Shown: positions 36,610-50,419, counted from the stretch's first letter. The stretch is DNA of 64,000 nt from Octopus bimaculoides (GCF_001194135.2 NC_069006.1:6410764-6474763), one strand, 5' to 3'. Numbers and translations: made by a program. Notes: a model not told the origin generated them from the letters alone.

Positions 36610-36890
36610 TGAGGAGGTGCATGGCCAAGTGGTTGGGTGCATTGTAGTCACAGTCACAAGATCATGGGTTTGATTCCCAGACTGGCTGTGTGATGTATTT
36701 TAGCACAAAACGCTCAATTTCATATTGCTCCAGTCCACTCAGCTGTAAAAGGGTCACCTTGCGATGGAGTAGCTTTCCAATCAGGAGGAATGCTGGCCTT
36801 CTTGCAGATTGATGTCATTCGACAACTAAAACTATGCAAAGCACATTGTGACCAGTGATGTGTAACAATGTTTGATAATTACATGATGTG
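36610..36890 (+). mobile_element. SINE family D-like copy with alternative 3' tail
   Basis: GGAGGTGCATGGCCAAGTGGTT A-box, GGGTTTGATTCCC B-box, TTGCTCCAGTCCACTCAGCTG middle. The tail differs from the copies at 26185 and 43084. Confidence 0.72.
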
Positions 36891-38411
36891 TTAATACAAA
36901 GGATTGCAGTCATGCTGGGGCACAGGCTTCAAGGACTTTACCCTATCCATCCCAGTACTTATTTTAGGTTGGTACTTTTATTGATCTCTATTTGCTGAAC
37001 TGTTAGGCCACAAGACATAAAGGAACTGCGTAATAGATGTAGAGATTTCTCTTTCTCATGTTAGTTATTGAACTTTTTTGATATGGTAAAAAAAACTGGA
37101 ACCACACTAAGAGAGAGTGAATGCAACTAAGATGAAACATGACTGTAAACCTAAGCTGCTCATGTTGCTGATGTTGTCATTGCTTAGTCATGTATGTATG
37201 TATGTATGCATGCATGCATGAATGAATGAATGTACGTATGCATGTATGTATACAATGCATGAATGAATGTACATACATATGTATGGAAGCATGCATGAAT
37301 GAATGTATGCATGTATGTATATAGCTATATAGCTATCACTCTCTGTGTTCTTTTCTTAAATGATAAGGAATGATTTCAGGAAGATTTGGCTGTTATTTCT
37401 AATAAGTTCAGCAATTGTAAAAATGTTTCCTGATCCATTTTCTTGAATTCAATCCAGTCATAACAACTGAGTTTCAGTGATTTCAAGCTGAATCCACCTT
37501 GAATAACATAAAATATTCTACTGAATCAACAGAGTCCTCACTTCAGATTTGAGATTTTAATATTACTTCAGAAGTGAAATACACGAAATCTAAAATGAGA
37601 ATATGGACTCACTTCACCTTTGTGCATGTGCTCAGACACACACACACACACACACACACATTTACAAACACGCGCACACACACACATTTAACACAATCAG
37701 ATAGGAAATACATTGCTTGATATCTCTTATCAAATATTTTCTGTGTTAGTGAAAATGCCATGAACTGTTGAAGTAGAGAAGCTGTCTGTGTTATTAGCAG
37801 TTGTTTCCTTTAAGATAAAATTACCGTTGCAATGGCGATGGAAATAATAATATTGTATTGACGGAGCCATTAAATAAAAAGGAACCTCACTTTTTCTTTT
37901 AACCACATCTGTCTTGATTCCCAAATATTTTTATCGGTAATTTATTAGAGGTTAAGGATGGCTTGAACACTCAACTTCTGAGAGGCTTGTTATGGTACTG
38001 TCATCAGAAACTCGACGCCAATATCATTCAGCTGACATAGTTGCGTACCAGAGCTGAAGTCTCTGGTAATCCACTGCCTCTCCATTCCCTGGTGTTGTCC
38101 ACTATTCTTCTATTCTGCCAACCTCTCTCCCATTCTTTCTCTCTCCGTGGTTCCTTGAAGAATAGTCTTCACAAGGATAAAGATAAGATAATCAACAAAT
38201 GTCATCTTTCATTCTTTACTTGTTTCAGTCATGAGATTGTGGCCATGCTGGGGCATCATCTTGAGGAATTCTTAGTGGAATAAATTGACCTCAGTACTGT
38301 TTTTTTAAATTTTCATTTTTTTAATATTTTTAAGTCTGATGTTTAAAATTTAGTTCTATAGATACTCCTTTCGAAATCCCTATTTTGTTTTTCATGCATT
38401 CACTTGTGTAG

Positions 38412-38600
38412 GTTGAAGTATGTAAAGCGTTTGAGAAAGAAACCTAGCTCTGTCTTGCAATGAATACATCTAAAACAAAGTTTTACCATGGACCCCTAAA
38501 ATACTATTGTGGATCTCCAATTTACTATTTTGCTTGCATGGATCCCTAAATATTTATATGGGCTACCAGGGGTCACATAAACCCTGGTTGAGAAGCAGTG
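38412..38600 (+). mobile_element. Second copy (3' part) of the hAT-type MITE family at 282-534
   Basis: GTTGAAGTATGT.AAGC.TTTGAGAAA..CCTAG..TGTCTTGCAAT.AATACATC matches the first copy. Ends GGTTGAGAAGCAGTG. Confidence 0.75.
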
Positions 38601-38769
38601 ATCTAAAGCATGGTGGTTGAGAAAAGCCTGATGTATTGGCAGGGGCTGGGTAACAAAGTGATAACAGAGTAGGGTTCATCAGTCATTTTATTTTTTTCTC
38701 TTTTCAATGGTTTGGTCTGAAGACTGGGGTCATATCCATAGCCTTCACAAAACCTTTGAGACCAGTGAA

Positions 38770-39110
38770 ATGGGCCAATGGGGTTGATAATGTTATGTTT
38801 TTTTTATCAGGGGATGATGGTTACAGGGATTAAAAAAAGATGGGCAGGCAAGGATTTCCAGCAGGCTGACCTTCTGAAGAAGGACTTAAGTGAAGTGATT
38901 AATGCAGGGCTTAGGGTTGGTGGAGGACACAGTGCAGGTGATGAGAGGAGAAATAATTGAGTTGGGGAGGGGTGCAGGGCTAAATAAAGATGGAACAAGA
39001 TCAACTACCTTTGAGTAGCAGTGGAAGTAGATGAGTCAGAGGAAGGAGCCAGCAAATGTATGAGCAAGAGCTTTGAATGTGATGGTGGGTTACTTTGTAC
39101 TGTGCATTTT
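38770..39110 (-). mobile_element. Decayed LINE ORF2 C-terminus (CR1/L2-group-like)
   Basis: Frameshifted translation LIYFHCYSKVVDLVPSLF..PKPCINHFT / KSFFRRSACWKSLPAHLF resembles the Y.YFH..S.EL..LVP..SFF.RT..LWNSLP..VFP terminus of such LINEs (recalled pattern). Confidence 0.55.
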
Positions 39111-39197
39111 AGAGGATTCCTCACAGACATTAAATGCTGGGGCATTAAACATTCCAACTATTTATCCCATAGAGTCAAGATAAATGGCTGAAATTAG

Positions 39198-39352
39198 TGT
39201 GTGTGTGTGTGTGTGTGGCAAAAGAAATCGATAGAATAAGTACCAGGTCGAAAAATAGGTACTGGGGTCAATTCATTCGACTATAAGTTCTTCAAGGTAG
39301 TGCCCCAGCATGGCCACAGTCTAATGACTGGAACAAATAAAAGACAACAGAT
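39198..39352 (+). mobile_element. SINE family C, 3' half
   Basis: GATAGAATAAGTACCAGG..GGGGTCAATTCATTCGACT..CCCCAGCATGGCCACAGTCTAATGACTGGAACAAATAAAAGA. Confidence 0.8.
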
Positions 39353-42300
39353 AATGAACATGTCCTTTGGGTAAATATAAAGTAATTCAGGCCAGGTATT
39401 TCAAATGAATTGATAATTACATTAATGAAAGCAAAGATAGAGACAGTTGTTTAAACAATAAATAGCAGAAACCAAACTGGATTCATAGCAACATACTGTA
39501 ATCATGGAATATCATTACATTAAATTTTGTTCCCACTCCCACAGTTCATTTATGTATTAAGATATCCACTGTTTGACCAGACTGGTCGCTAAGGGTTTTT
39601 TTGAGAATTACTCAGTGCAGGTACTTTTATACTCTATAGATTTGGAAAGAATGATAACATAAACACAAGGCCTTGAAGTTGGCTTGTTATGAAAGAAACA
39701 TAAAAATTCATGATATCGCTAGCTCATAATATCAATTATAAATTAAGAGAGAAGCACACACACACGCACATAGATATATAACTGTATACATATATACACA
39801 CTATGCACAAGAACTATTTGCCAAATAGAGCAAGCAGTTTTCCTAATATTATAAATGCTATGGGGAAATATGTAAAAATGAATTGAGAAAGATTATTATT
39901 GCTTTCAATATTAATAATGCAAGTCGAACACAAAAAAAATCACATTATCTACGTCTCGTTTTAAGCGTCCAGTTTGACATTAAACTGATTACAGACATTC
40001 ACTAATAAAATAGATTTCATTACAAAATATCAGACTTTAACATGAATATTCAAATAAATCCTTTTGAATTAATCAAATAATTTTTTTTTTTCTGTTTTGG
40101 TTTTGTCTTAGAGATCACAAAGTATTTTTAATAAAAAAAAAATCAAAAATGTTTAAAAATCTATTATGCAGGATTTGTTTTGGAACTAGATAATCACACA
40201 AGTACAAAAGTTTTGTAGTTTGTTCACATTAACAAGTGGTTATATATATATATACACACACATAAAATTATATAACCATGTATATATACATATGATTGTA
40301 ACAATTATAGACTTCACCTAAAAACATTGTTGGTTGTTGTTTTCTCTGTAATGAATAACTTTCAAATTAATACTTAAAGTGTTGAGGAAAAATATCAACA
40401 GTACTAACTCACTTAATCCCATAATTACATCATCACAGACATCTCTGGCTTTCTAGCAAATAGATTAGGTGAAAAAAAAAAATTAAATTATATAAAAAAG
40501 CAAAAACAATTGGATGAACCAAAATTTACATAAGTGAAAGTGCTGGTCAAGCTATGGGTGATAGCAATGTTGAAAACAATCTAATAGGATCAATAGAGCT
40601 AACGACTATTAATTCAATTAGTCTTTAGTTGCTGTCTTCACTCAGTGTAATCCACTTAGTTATTAGAGTAAGTATTAAATAAATACATACAGAAAGATAT
40701 TTAAAAAATAAAAGAGAGAGATAACATTAGGAGGAATACTTTCAGTAGTTTAGTTGTATAGTGTTCACGAGTTGACAGGACGATTGTCGGATGTTTTATA
40801 GAGACGAGATAAAATATGGAGATTTTATTGGCGTTCAGTCAAGACTAGAGTGGACAGTAGTCATGACAAAACAATAACAACAACAATAATGATAGCTATG
40901 ACTGACCAAAAATTGAAGAAGATAAAAAAGAAAGATAAAAAAAAAAAGAGGTAAACTAGAGAAGAAATAAAGCAAAGTGCTCCTGACCAGAACAAAAATA
41001 TATTTATAAATGATAAAAAAAAGGTAACTTAATAATGTCTTATCTATGATAAACACGATCAAAATTGTTTGCAACCAAGCGTAACATTTATCTTTCCAAA
41101 TAAACTGATGAAAATCTTCTATGAAATAAAAAGGAAACTTTCACTGAGAGTTGTTTATTTGTATAGTCAGAGCAAAGTCCCAATTTCTATGAACTAGAAA
41201 CGACTTCATCAATACATCAGATTCCTGTGAATTTTCCATTGATAGAAGAGAATTATGAATTATTAAATTTTTTTCTTCTGTTCTGTTTCTTTATGTATGA
41301 GAACAAAATATTTTGCTCTTCGTTATCGTTTCATTGAAAAGAATAAAACAAAAAAGTCATTTATGACAACACTGAAAATNNNNNNNNNNNNNNNNNNNNN
41401 NNNNNNNNNNNNNNNNNNNNNNNNNNNNNNNNNNNNNNNNNNNNNNNNNNNNNNNNNNNNNNNNNNNNNNNNNNNNNNNNNNNNNNNNNNNNNNNNNNNN
41501 NNNNNNNNNNNNNNNNNNNNNNNNNNNNNNNNNNNNNNNNNNNNNNNNNNNNNNNNNNNNNNNNNNNNNNNNNNNNNNNNNNNNNNNNNNNNNNNNNNNN
41601 NNNNNNNNNNNNNNNNNNNNNNNNNNNNNNNNNNNNNNNNNNNNNNNNNNNNNNNNNNNNNNNNNNNNNNNNNNNNNNNNNNNNNNNNNNNNNNNNNNNN
41701 NNNNNNNNNNNNNNNNNNNNNNNNNNNNNNNNNNNNNTCCTGGTGGAACAGTTACACAAACCCTTTTTTGTATGAACCAACTTTGTTGGAAATGGTGAAA
41801 GGTAAACTTTACAGTTGAACAGTCAGAATCAAGAAAAAAAAGAGATCTTTTTCACTTCAACAATTCCAAGAAAATATTCAATATTTTCAGAACAATTCAA
41901 CTAAAACATGTTTGTGATAAATAAGTAGAAAACCCCTTTTTAAGGTAAAAAAAAAAAATGGAAAAAAAAAACCCATCAAAACATTCAAGAATTTCATCTT
42001 TATTTTTCTCCACAACATTTCATATCCAATTTCCCAGATTAGAAAATGTTACATACTTTCAGCTTTTATTTTCTTTAGCAAACAGATATTTCCAAGTGAA
42101 TTGTTTGAGTCAGTTTTTTTCTCCATTTGGTGCCATATGCACTGTTAACCGATCTACTGTAAAATCAAAATAGTACACTCTTCTTCAAAATGTGTGCAGT
42201 CTACTATTGGGCTCACAATAATCAGGTTGTGATTTCAATTCCCAGATTGAACAGTGCATTGTGCTATTGTGAAAGACACTTCATTTTGTGTGACCCTTGC

Positions 42301-42422
42301 CCACTCAGATGAAATTCTAAGAGAGTTGTTTTTTTAAAATTCTCTATCTTTTTGAAAACACAGAACAGATGGTCATAGCATAAATGAGATTGTCAGCATC
42401 AGCACTACTGCTTTATTCAAAG

Positions 42423-42807
42423 TATCTTTTACTGGTTTCAGTCATTAGACTGCAGCCATGTTGCAGCACAACCTTGAATAGTTTTTAGCTGAGGTCACGA
42501 CCCCAGCACTTATTTTTAAGCCTGGTACTTATTCTGTTGGTCTTTTTGGCTGAACTAAGTTATGTTTATGGGGACATAAACCAACAGTAGTAGTCAAGCA
42601 GTGGTGGAGGACAAACACAGACACACACACACACACACACACACACATATGATGGGCTTTCAGTCCTGTCTATCAAATCTATTCACAAAGTTTGGCCTGT
42701 CCAAGGCTATAGCAGAAGACACTTGTCCAAGTTGTCACACAGTGAAACTGAATCTGGAACCATGTGGTTGGGAAATAAACTTCTTACCACACAGCCACAC
42801 CTGTGCC
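42423..42807 (-). mobile_element. SINE family C, full length
   Basis: Reverse complement runs from a GGCACAGGTGTGGCTGTGTGGTAAGAAG head to the family tail, with an internal (CA)n. Confidence 0.85.
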
Positions 42808-43083
42808 TTGTCATATGATTCAGGTTATTAAACTGTCATCTGTCCATTATGATCATAGGAGAGCTTTTTTTCTTTTTTTTTTTGATGGGGGAGATAGAAG
42901 ATGAAACTGTCTAGAACTTTCTAAACTCCTAGGCTGAACATCTACAATTCAATGTGTGCAGGGGAAATAAGGGAGTCATGATGCTGGTTCAAATCCTTTT
43001 AACAAAATAGACTTCACTAGGGGTATCCAAAGACCAAATGGTACCATGAAACCTAGTATCATATTAGACTATCATTTACAAGT

Positions 43084-43407
43084 GGAGGTGCACAGCTTAG
43101 TGCTCAGAGAGTTTGGCTCACAATCTTAAGGTTAGGAGTTCAATTCCCAATGGCACACTGTGTCCTTGAGCAAGAAGCTTTATTTCACATTGCTCCAGTC
43201 CACTCAGCTGGCAAATATGAGTTGTACCTGTAATTCAAAAGGAGCCAGCCTTGTCACATTCTGTGTCACACTCAATTTCCTTGAGAACTTTGTTAAGTGC
43301 ATGCCTGTCTGTGGAGTGTTCAGTCACTTGCACCTAAATTTCACAAGCAAGCTGTTCCATTATCCGGATCAAGTGGAACTCTTGCTCTCATAACCGATGG
43401 AGTGTCA
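43084..43407 (+). mobile_element. SINE family D, full length
   Basis: GGAGTTCAATTCCC B-box, GTGTCCTTGAGCAAG, TTTCACATTGCTCCAGTCCACTCAGCTGGC, TAACCGATGGAGTGTCA end. Confidence 0.88.
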
Positions 43408-43846
43408 ATTACCATTTATGATGCCAGAAGGAAATTTTAGAGAATTCATGTTGCTAAGAACAAAGAAATTCCATTCTCAGGTAAATAATTGATTACACAC
43501 ACATACACACACCTCAGATTGACCAATGTGAAACTTTATAGACAGAATCTGTTTGAAAGTAGAGAGAATGTGTGCATATATATATTTNNNNNNNNNNNNN
43601 NNNNNNNNNNNNNNNNNNNNNNNNNNNNNNNNNNNNNNNNNNNNNNNNNNNNNNNNNNNNNNNNNNNNNNNNNNNNNNNNNNNNNNNNNNNNNNNNNNNN
43701 NNNNNNNNNNNNNNNNNNNNNNNNNNNTATATATATATATATATATATATCTAAATATACTAAGGGTAAAAATTATTGAAAATAGTAATTTATACCAGTG
43801 ACCAGCATGTGTAAAAATTGTCCGCAGACTGTAAATTATTTTAGTA

Positions 43847-44162
43847 CATAAGTGTGTATAACCATAGGTAATTATACACTAAGAAGAAAACCAGTAAGTG
43901 GTTTCCTTGCCTGCTGAAAGAAGCTGTCAGATCTTCAAACCACAAAAAATTGTCTAATAATTAATGGTGAAACTTTGAGGTATAGGAATAACTGGTCTTT
44001 TTAATTTTTTTCAAATTGTCTTGCCCGATTACATGCAACGCACTATGTATGAGAATGTATTTTCCGTGGTTTGAAGACCTGACAATTTCTTTTAACAGGC
44101 AAAGAAACCACTTGCTGGTTTTCTTCTTAGTGTATAATTACCTATGGTTATACACACTTATG
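43847..44162. repeat. Fold-back: 97-bp inverted arms with a 122-bp spacer (probable MITE)
   Basis: 43847-43943 matches the reverse complement of 44066-44162 at 90/97; the outer 48 bp are identical. Confidence 0.9.
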
Positions 44163-44702
44163 CATGTATATATGTGTGTGTGTGTGTGTGTCTGTGTGTG
44201 TGTTTCTATGTTTAAATATGTATATACATGTTTTTACATCAATGCAACTTGCCAGTGTTAGCATTCATTTACATTCCATACAAGCAGAATGTCTTGCAGC
44301 CCAACAGTTTCCATGTGTGAAGACCAGTAGAATAAAGTGCCCAAACTTGAAAGTAAGGGTTAGAGTCAAGAAATGCTTCTGATCAGAGAATACTGCTCCA
44401 AAAAGTCTCATCCAACCCATGGCAGCATAGCAAAAGCAGAAAAATTTTTAAATAAAAAGAACTAAAAAAAAAAAAATCAATGTTGATTACCATGACAAAG
44501 ACAGCATACTTGAGAAATATGTGATGATTTATGGCCCTGAAACATGGATAATGAAAGTAGTGGTTGTGTGAATGTTGTTAACGAATATGATCTATTGGTG
44601 GGAGTATGATCCGTGAAATAGATTATTTCTAGAAAGGTAATATGTCTAGAAATAGGAANNNNNNNNNNTAAATAATGAAAGCAGACAAGAAGACTTTTAT
44701 GA

Positions 44703-44995
44703 AGCTCTTGGTCTCATAAGGCTGAATACCCAGTTTCCAGTGACTGAGATCACAACATTGCCCCTGAATGGGACAACAGTCTGTTGCAAGGTTCATGGTC
44801 AATAAGTTTTAAGGGGAGGGGATAAGTCAACTAGACCACCCTTAGCACTAGACTTGCAGTTTCTTTTATCAGCTCTGAAGGGATCAAAGGTAAACTACTA
44901 ATTCATTTGAGTTATTCATCATACACAACCACCATTGTGTTTTCCTAAACTAGATTTTAATTTTACCTACACTAAATCTCCAGTCATCTTCAGGT

Positions 44996-45042
<47 letters not shown>

Positions 45043-45354
45043 TCTGCTGTACAAGTCTCTCTGTCAATGCTTAAATTAAGCACTTTGATGTTTTACGCAC
45101 ACACAAAACACAGAATCTAATCATGGCTTTTTTTTTTTCTTTTTTTTTGGGGGGGGAGCTTGAGCTCTTGGTCTCATAAGGCTGAATACCCAGTTTCCAG
45201 TGACTGAGATCACAACATTGCCCCTGAATGGGACAACAGTCTGTTGCAAGGTTCATGGTCAATAAGTTTTAAGGGGAGGGGATAAGTCAACTAGACCACC
45301 CTTAGCACTAGACTTGCAGTTTCTTTTATCAGCTCTGAAGGGATCAAAGGTAAA
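44703..45354 (+). repeat. Identical 192-bp direct duplication (44703-44894 and 45163-45354)
   Basis: I saw no differences by eye. The first copy starts 35 bp after a 10-N gap. Confidence 0.9.
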
Positions 45355-45430
45355 GCTGACCTTGGCAGAATTTGAACTCAGAATGTAAAGAGCCAAAAGA
45401 AATGCTACTAAGCATTTTGTCCAACATACA
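45245..45430 (-). mobile_element. SINE family A, degraded
   Basis: GGGGAGGGGATAAGTCAA..AAAGGTAAAGCTGACCTTGGCAGAATTTGAACTCAGAATGTAAAG. Confidence 0.72.
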
Positions 45431-45560
45431 ACTTTATTGTAGCTTACCAATGGTCATCTGCCAGTTATAAAACTTTTTATTGTTGTTGACTTTCTTATAA
45501 AAGTTCCCACTCTCAAAGTTCCTGTCCTCCAATGACTATCTTATAAATGTATGTTCTGTC

Positions 45561-46005
45561 ATCTTGTTTTACTTGTTTCACTCATTACACTGCAGTCATA
45601 TTGTGGTACCACCCTGAAGAATTTTAAAAGAAACAGATTAGGCTCCAGTATCTACTTTTTTTTTTCTTTTTACCCTACTACTTATTCTATCAGTCTCTTT
45701 GGCCAAACTGCTAAATTACAAGGATGTAAACACCCACATATATATATATATAAATATATATATAAATATATATATATATAAATATATATATATATGTATG
45801 CATGTGTGTGTATGTATGTATGCATGTGTGAGTGTGTGCACACATGACAGGCTTCTTTAAGTTTCCATTTACTAAATCCAATCCCAAAACCTCGGTCAGC
45901 CCAAAGCTATAGTAGAAGACACATGCCCAGGGGCCACTGTGTGGACTGAACCCAGAACCATTTGATTTTGAAGTAAACTTAAACTTCTGACGACACAGCT
46001 ACGCC
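45561..46005 (-). mobile_element. SINE family C, full length, degraded, with internal (TA)/(TG) expansion
   Basis: TTTTACTTGTTTCACTCATT.. tail; ..CTATAGTAGAAGACACATGCCCAGG..GGACTGAACCCAGAACCA head. Confidence 0.78.
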
Positions 46006-46495
46006 TTCCCCATATGAAAATAAACTTGACTTGTTTTTAATCTTTTATAATTACTTTATGGTTTTTAAGACATCTCATCATTAGATTTTATTTATTGTTT
46101 CTTTAGTTTTTTTTTTCTTTTTCTTTTGTAACTCCCAACAAAGTGGTTGTTTGAGAGTTGTTTTATTGTTAGCAGCTTGTTGCTTTGTTGGGGAGTGACT
46201 TCCAATAAAAATATATATTGATTCATGGATGCTCCTCCCCTCTGCCAGTTCTAACACATCTCAGAAATACAAATAAGTAGTTCATAGATAATTAAACATA
46301 ACAAAAATGGGGCCACGCAGTTGGCATCGATTTTTTGAATTCACAAGGGAAATATCTTGGTTTAAGGATAATTAAAAGGAGGCAATTCTCCAAGCATGTC
46401 TAATATATGCTACCATGTAAATAAATGTCTATATTTGGTTGGTGGTGTAAATATTAGAAAATATTTTGACCCTTTAACTGTTAAATTTCATGGTG

Positions 46496-46800
46496 GTACC
46501 CTGGGCAAGTGTCTTCTATTATAGCCTTGGGTCAACTAAAGCCTTGTGAGTAGATTTGATGGACAAAGACTAAAAGAAGCCCATCATATATATATGTGGG
46601 TGTTGGTGTGTGTATATGTGTGGGTGTCGGTGTGTGCATGTGTGTGGGTGTCGGTGTATGTGTGTGGGTGTATGTGTATGTGTGTGGGTGTCAGTGTGTG
46701 TATTTGTGTTTGTCCTCCCACCACTGCTTGACAACTGGTGTTGGTGTGTTTACATCCCCATAACTTATCAGTTTGGCGAAAAAAGGCCAATAGAACAAGT
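46496..46800 (+). mobile_element. SINE family C, partial, ends at a gap
   Basis: CCCTGGGCAAGTGTCTTCTATTATAGCC..GCTTGACAACTGGTGTTGGTGTGTTTACATCCCCATAACTTA. Confidence 0.8.
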
Positions 46801-47171
46801 NNNNNNNNNNNNNNNNNNNNNNNNNNNNNNNNNNNNNNNNNNNNNNNNNNNNNNNNNNNNNNNNNNNNNNNNNNNNNNNNNNNNNNNNNNNNNNNNNNNN
46901 NNNNNNNNNNNNNNNNNNNNNNNNNNNNNNNNNNNNNNNNNNNNNNNNNNNNNNNNNNNNNNNNNNNNNNNNNNNNNNNNNNNNNNNNNNNNNNNNNNNN
47001 NNNNNNNNNNNNNNNNNNNNNNNNNNNNNNNNNNNNNNNNNNNNNNNNNNNNNNNNNNNNNNNNNNNNNNNNNNNNNNNNNNNNNNNNNNNNNNNNNNNN
47101 NNNNNNNNNNNNNNNNNNNNNNNNNNNNNNNNNNNNNNNNNNNNNNNNNNNNNNNNNNNNNNNNNNNNNNN

Positions 47172-47210
<39 letters not shown>

Positions 47211-48290
47211 TGCTTTCTGCAGTTAAGGGTAAGGAAATTTTGAGTGGTTGGGTCTGGTCACTGGATAAAGTCCTAACTTTTCATCCAGTCGAGAGAAAAA
47301 TAAATTACAGAGTATCATCAGCAGCAGTAGCAGCAGCAGCAGTAGTAGCAGCAGCGTATTTAAAGTTATTGAGTTTTTAAACAACCAGAAAATACATTTC
47401 CATCAATGGATATATATAATTTCTTTGAAGCTGATGGAGAAAGGAGATGAATATTCATAGCAAAGATGAATAATGACTGTCAGAGTAATATATAAGCTTA
47501 TTGTCTTTTTAAACACACAACTCTTCAAATGGAAATTTGACAACCAATTAAAATCAATTTTTTTTTTATGGTTTCCAAAATAAACTTAAAATGTGATTTG
47601 GGGAGTAAAAGCATTTTCAATTAATTAATCCTGAAATTATGGTTTCCAAGAACAAAAACCAAGAAAAAAAATTAAATGGTAATAAATTGATAATTTTCAT
47701 ATTAACAATTAATATTTACTGTGTCCTAATGTAACTGAGTGGTTAGTGAGATTATATTGAAAGTGATGGAGGATTAAGAAAGATATCAAAGCAGGAGAAA
47801 CTGGGAAATTAAAGAGCCATGTTTTAAGATACAACTTCAAATGTATGCTAGAGGACATCCATTTCGATAGCAGATAAAATGAGCTAAGGGAAATAACTCA
47901 AATGGGCTAATGGTACAGACTTTAGAAAACTGAATACCATATGTAAAAAATTCTTCAGGGAAATTCCACTCTTATGAATCACAGAATAATTCTTATGAAG
48001 CCTACAGATCAGTAGACAGATTGTTTTCTACATATCATCAGGCAAGTACCTGAAAACAGGAGGTTTGCAAAGTCAGCTATGTTGGAGTTCGAACTCAGAA
48101 CATAAAGAGTCAAAAGAAATACTGTAAGCATTTTGTCTGATGTGCTAATGACTCTGCCAATTTCCCATCCTTTGGTTTCTAATTTAGGCACAAGGTTAGC
48201 AATTTTGAGGGAAGGGGTTTTAGTCAATACTATCAACCCCAGTACTTGACTGGTACTTTTACTGCTCTCCACCTCATAAAACTTGGAAAA

Positions 48291-48522
48291 GGTGGTGAGC
48301 TGGCAGAAACATTAGCACGCTGGGCGAAATGCTTAGCGGTATTTCATCTGCTGCTATGTTCTGAGTTCAAATTCCGCCAAGGTTGACTTTGCCTTTCATC
48401 CTTTTGGGGTCGATTAAATAAGTACCAGTTATGCACTGGGGTTGATATAATCGGCTTAATCCATTTGTCTGTCCTTGTTTGTCCCCTCTGTGTGTAGCCC
48501 CTTGTGGGCAATAAAGAAATAA
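48291..48522 (+). mobile_element. SINE family A, AATAAAG-type tail, full length
   Basis: Complete head, body and tail. Flanking direct repeat AACTTGGAA on both sides. Confidence 0.9.
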
Positions 48523-49400
48523 GAACTTGGAATTCTCTGATTCGGCTGACAATTGCAGTAGATGTCTGCCAAGACAATAACAAACAGTTCTAACATGCAT
48601 ATGACAAGCTTGAAGGGCAGACAATCCAAGCTGGCAAATTTGCCTCTGGTACCACCAAGCACGTCTCAGATGCTGCTATCAGCTTTTTGCAGCAGCCTTT
48701 GTGTCTTCTGCAAAAAGTCACAATAAACTATTGAGGTAGGCACTGAAGTCCACTACCACACCCCAACCTCCAGTCCATTGCTTGCAACATTAAACAAAAC
48801 AACAGTTATAGTGTTTAAACCCATATATGTAATACTAAAAACAAAAGAAGGCAACCATTAAATGAAGCTCCCTACATCCTATCACTAGCAACAAGCAATG
48901 ATGTGTTCAGAATGAATATTGATTTGGTTGTTTTATTTCCTTAACTTGACAACAAAGGATTAAGTGAAAAGGAAATCTAAGTAACCTTAACTGATTATGT
49001 AACATATTAAGATGGGAGGAAATAATTTTCTACAATCAATATAGTAACCAACATAGTCGACTAGTACAAGGCATGGAATAACAGAATTCCATTGTTGGTT
49101 GAAATAATAACAGATTTCAGAGCAGACTGAAAGAGATTCAATAACGGTTTAGAGTCGAGATTCCATTCCACCTTCCTATTTTTTTTTTTTTTTGATACGT
49201 GCCAGTGTGAGATGAGATTCAAAGATTTGTTAACAAAAAATTAAACAAATATAGGCCTTCACCTATATCGAACTTAATGCTATGAAATCACTGAAGAATG
49301 TAAAAGGTTAATTCTATTAGACAGGGAAATTTTGTTTTAAGCATGTTACATTAGAGAGCAAAAAACAATTATATATATATATATATATTGTGTGTGTGTG

Positions 49401-49445
<45 letters not shown>

Positions 49446-50168
49446 CTTTTAGATTTAAAAAAAACATTTGTTTTATAATTTTGCTTCATTCAGTGAAGTT
49501 ATTTTGCAAGTTAGCTATTTATAATTAATGGATTTGTTTTTCAATTTCATTTCATGAATCTGAAAAAACTGTTTGTCTTTATAGGATTGGGGGGGGGGGG
49601 AGAAGTTGACAACAAAAGTGTGATATTGATGAAAGCTTCATGTGAATAATATTGATTTCTTGGCAAAAAGTTAAGCTAACAAGACTTTTAAGTTTTAACG
49701 CCTACAAATAATAAAGAAGGTTGATGCCAGTGATAGGAATAACAAAATTTCTGTGACTGGAAGGCAACGGTAGTTAAAAACTAACAAGATTAATGTGAAA
49801 TGAAAATGAACTTTTGCTCGTCAATATATTGTCACAGTAAAAGATCATAAAGATTAGAGGCACTATACAAACATTAAGAACTGATTTCTATTTGAAATTT
49901 TGAATGTAGCCAGGTGTGAGGAAGAATATGAAAACAGACAATAACACAGTGAGAAGCTTCAATAAAATTCTTCTCGTTGACAAAATGCATAGAAATTACA
50001 GAGGAGTATAAAGAAAGAGCTGAGGAAATTAAGGAAAATAGTTGAAGCCAGTTGTGAGAGAGAAAGTGGTTTTGAATATTCAAAAGGATATTTAGTAAAA
50101 GTTGATCAATAGAGCAGGATAGAAGTGAACGAGACTGGTTATTTTATATGGTGATCAATAACAGCACT

Positions 50169-50210
<42 letters not shown>

Positions 50211-50419
50211 GATTCTGTAGACTCGGAGAAAATATGGTAATATACAAAGTTAGATGGAAACTGGTACAGCTACAAATACACTTCATAAATAAAAGCCTAA
50301 TAAGATAGACTGCTCACAAAAACATGGCCATATTATCGAGATAATGTAATCTATCACATTACTAAACAGTTACTGAATAAACACATAACACTAACTAAAA
50401 GATACACACACACACACAC

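Noticed and set aside
36637-36648. 12-nt match to the 5' end of miR-33 (GTGCATTGTAGT)
   Set aside because: The match stops at 12 nt, lies in a SINE head, and has no precursor hairpin.
49589-49600. G12 run as a functional G-quadruplex
   Set aside because: An isolated homopolymer with no other context.
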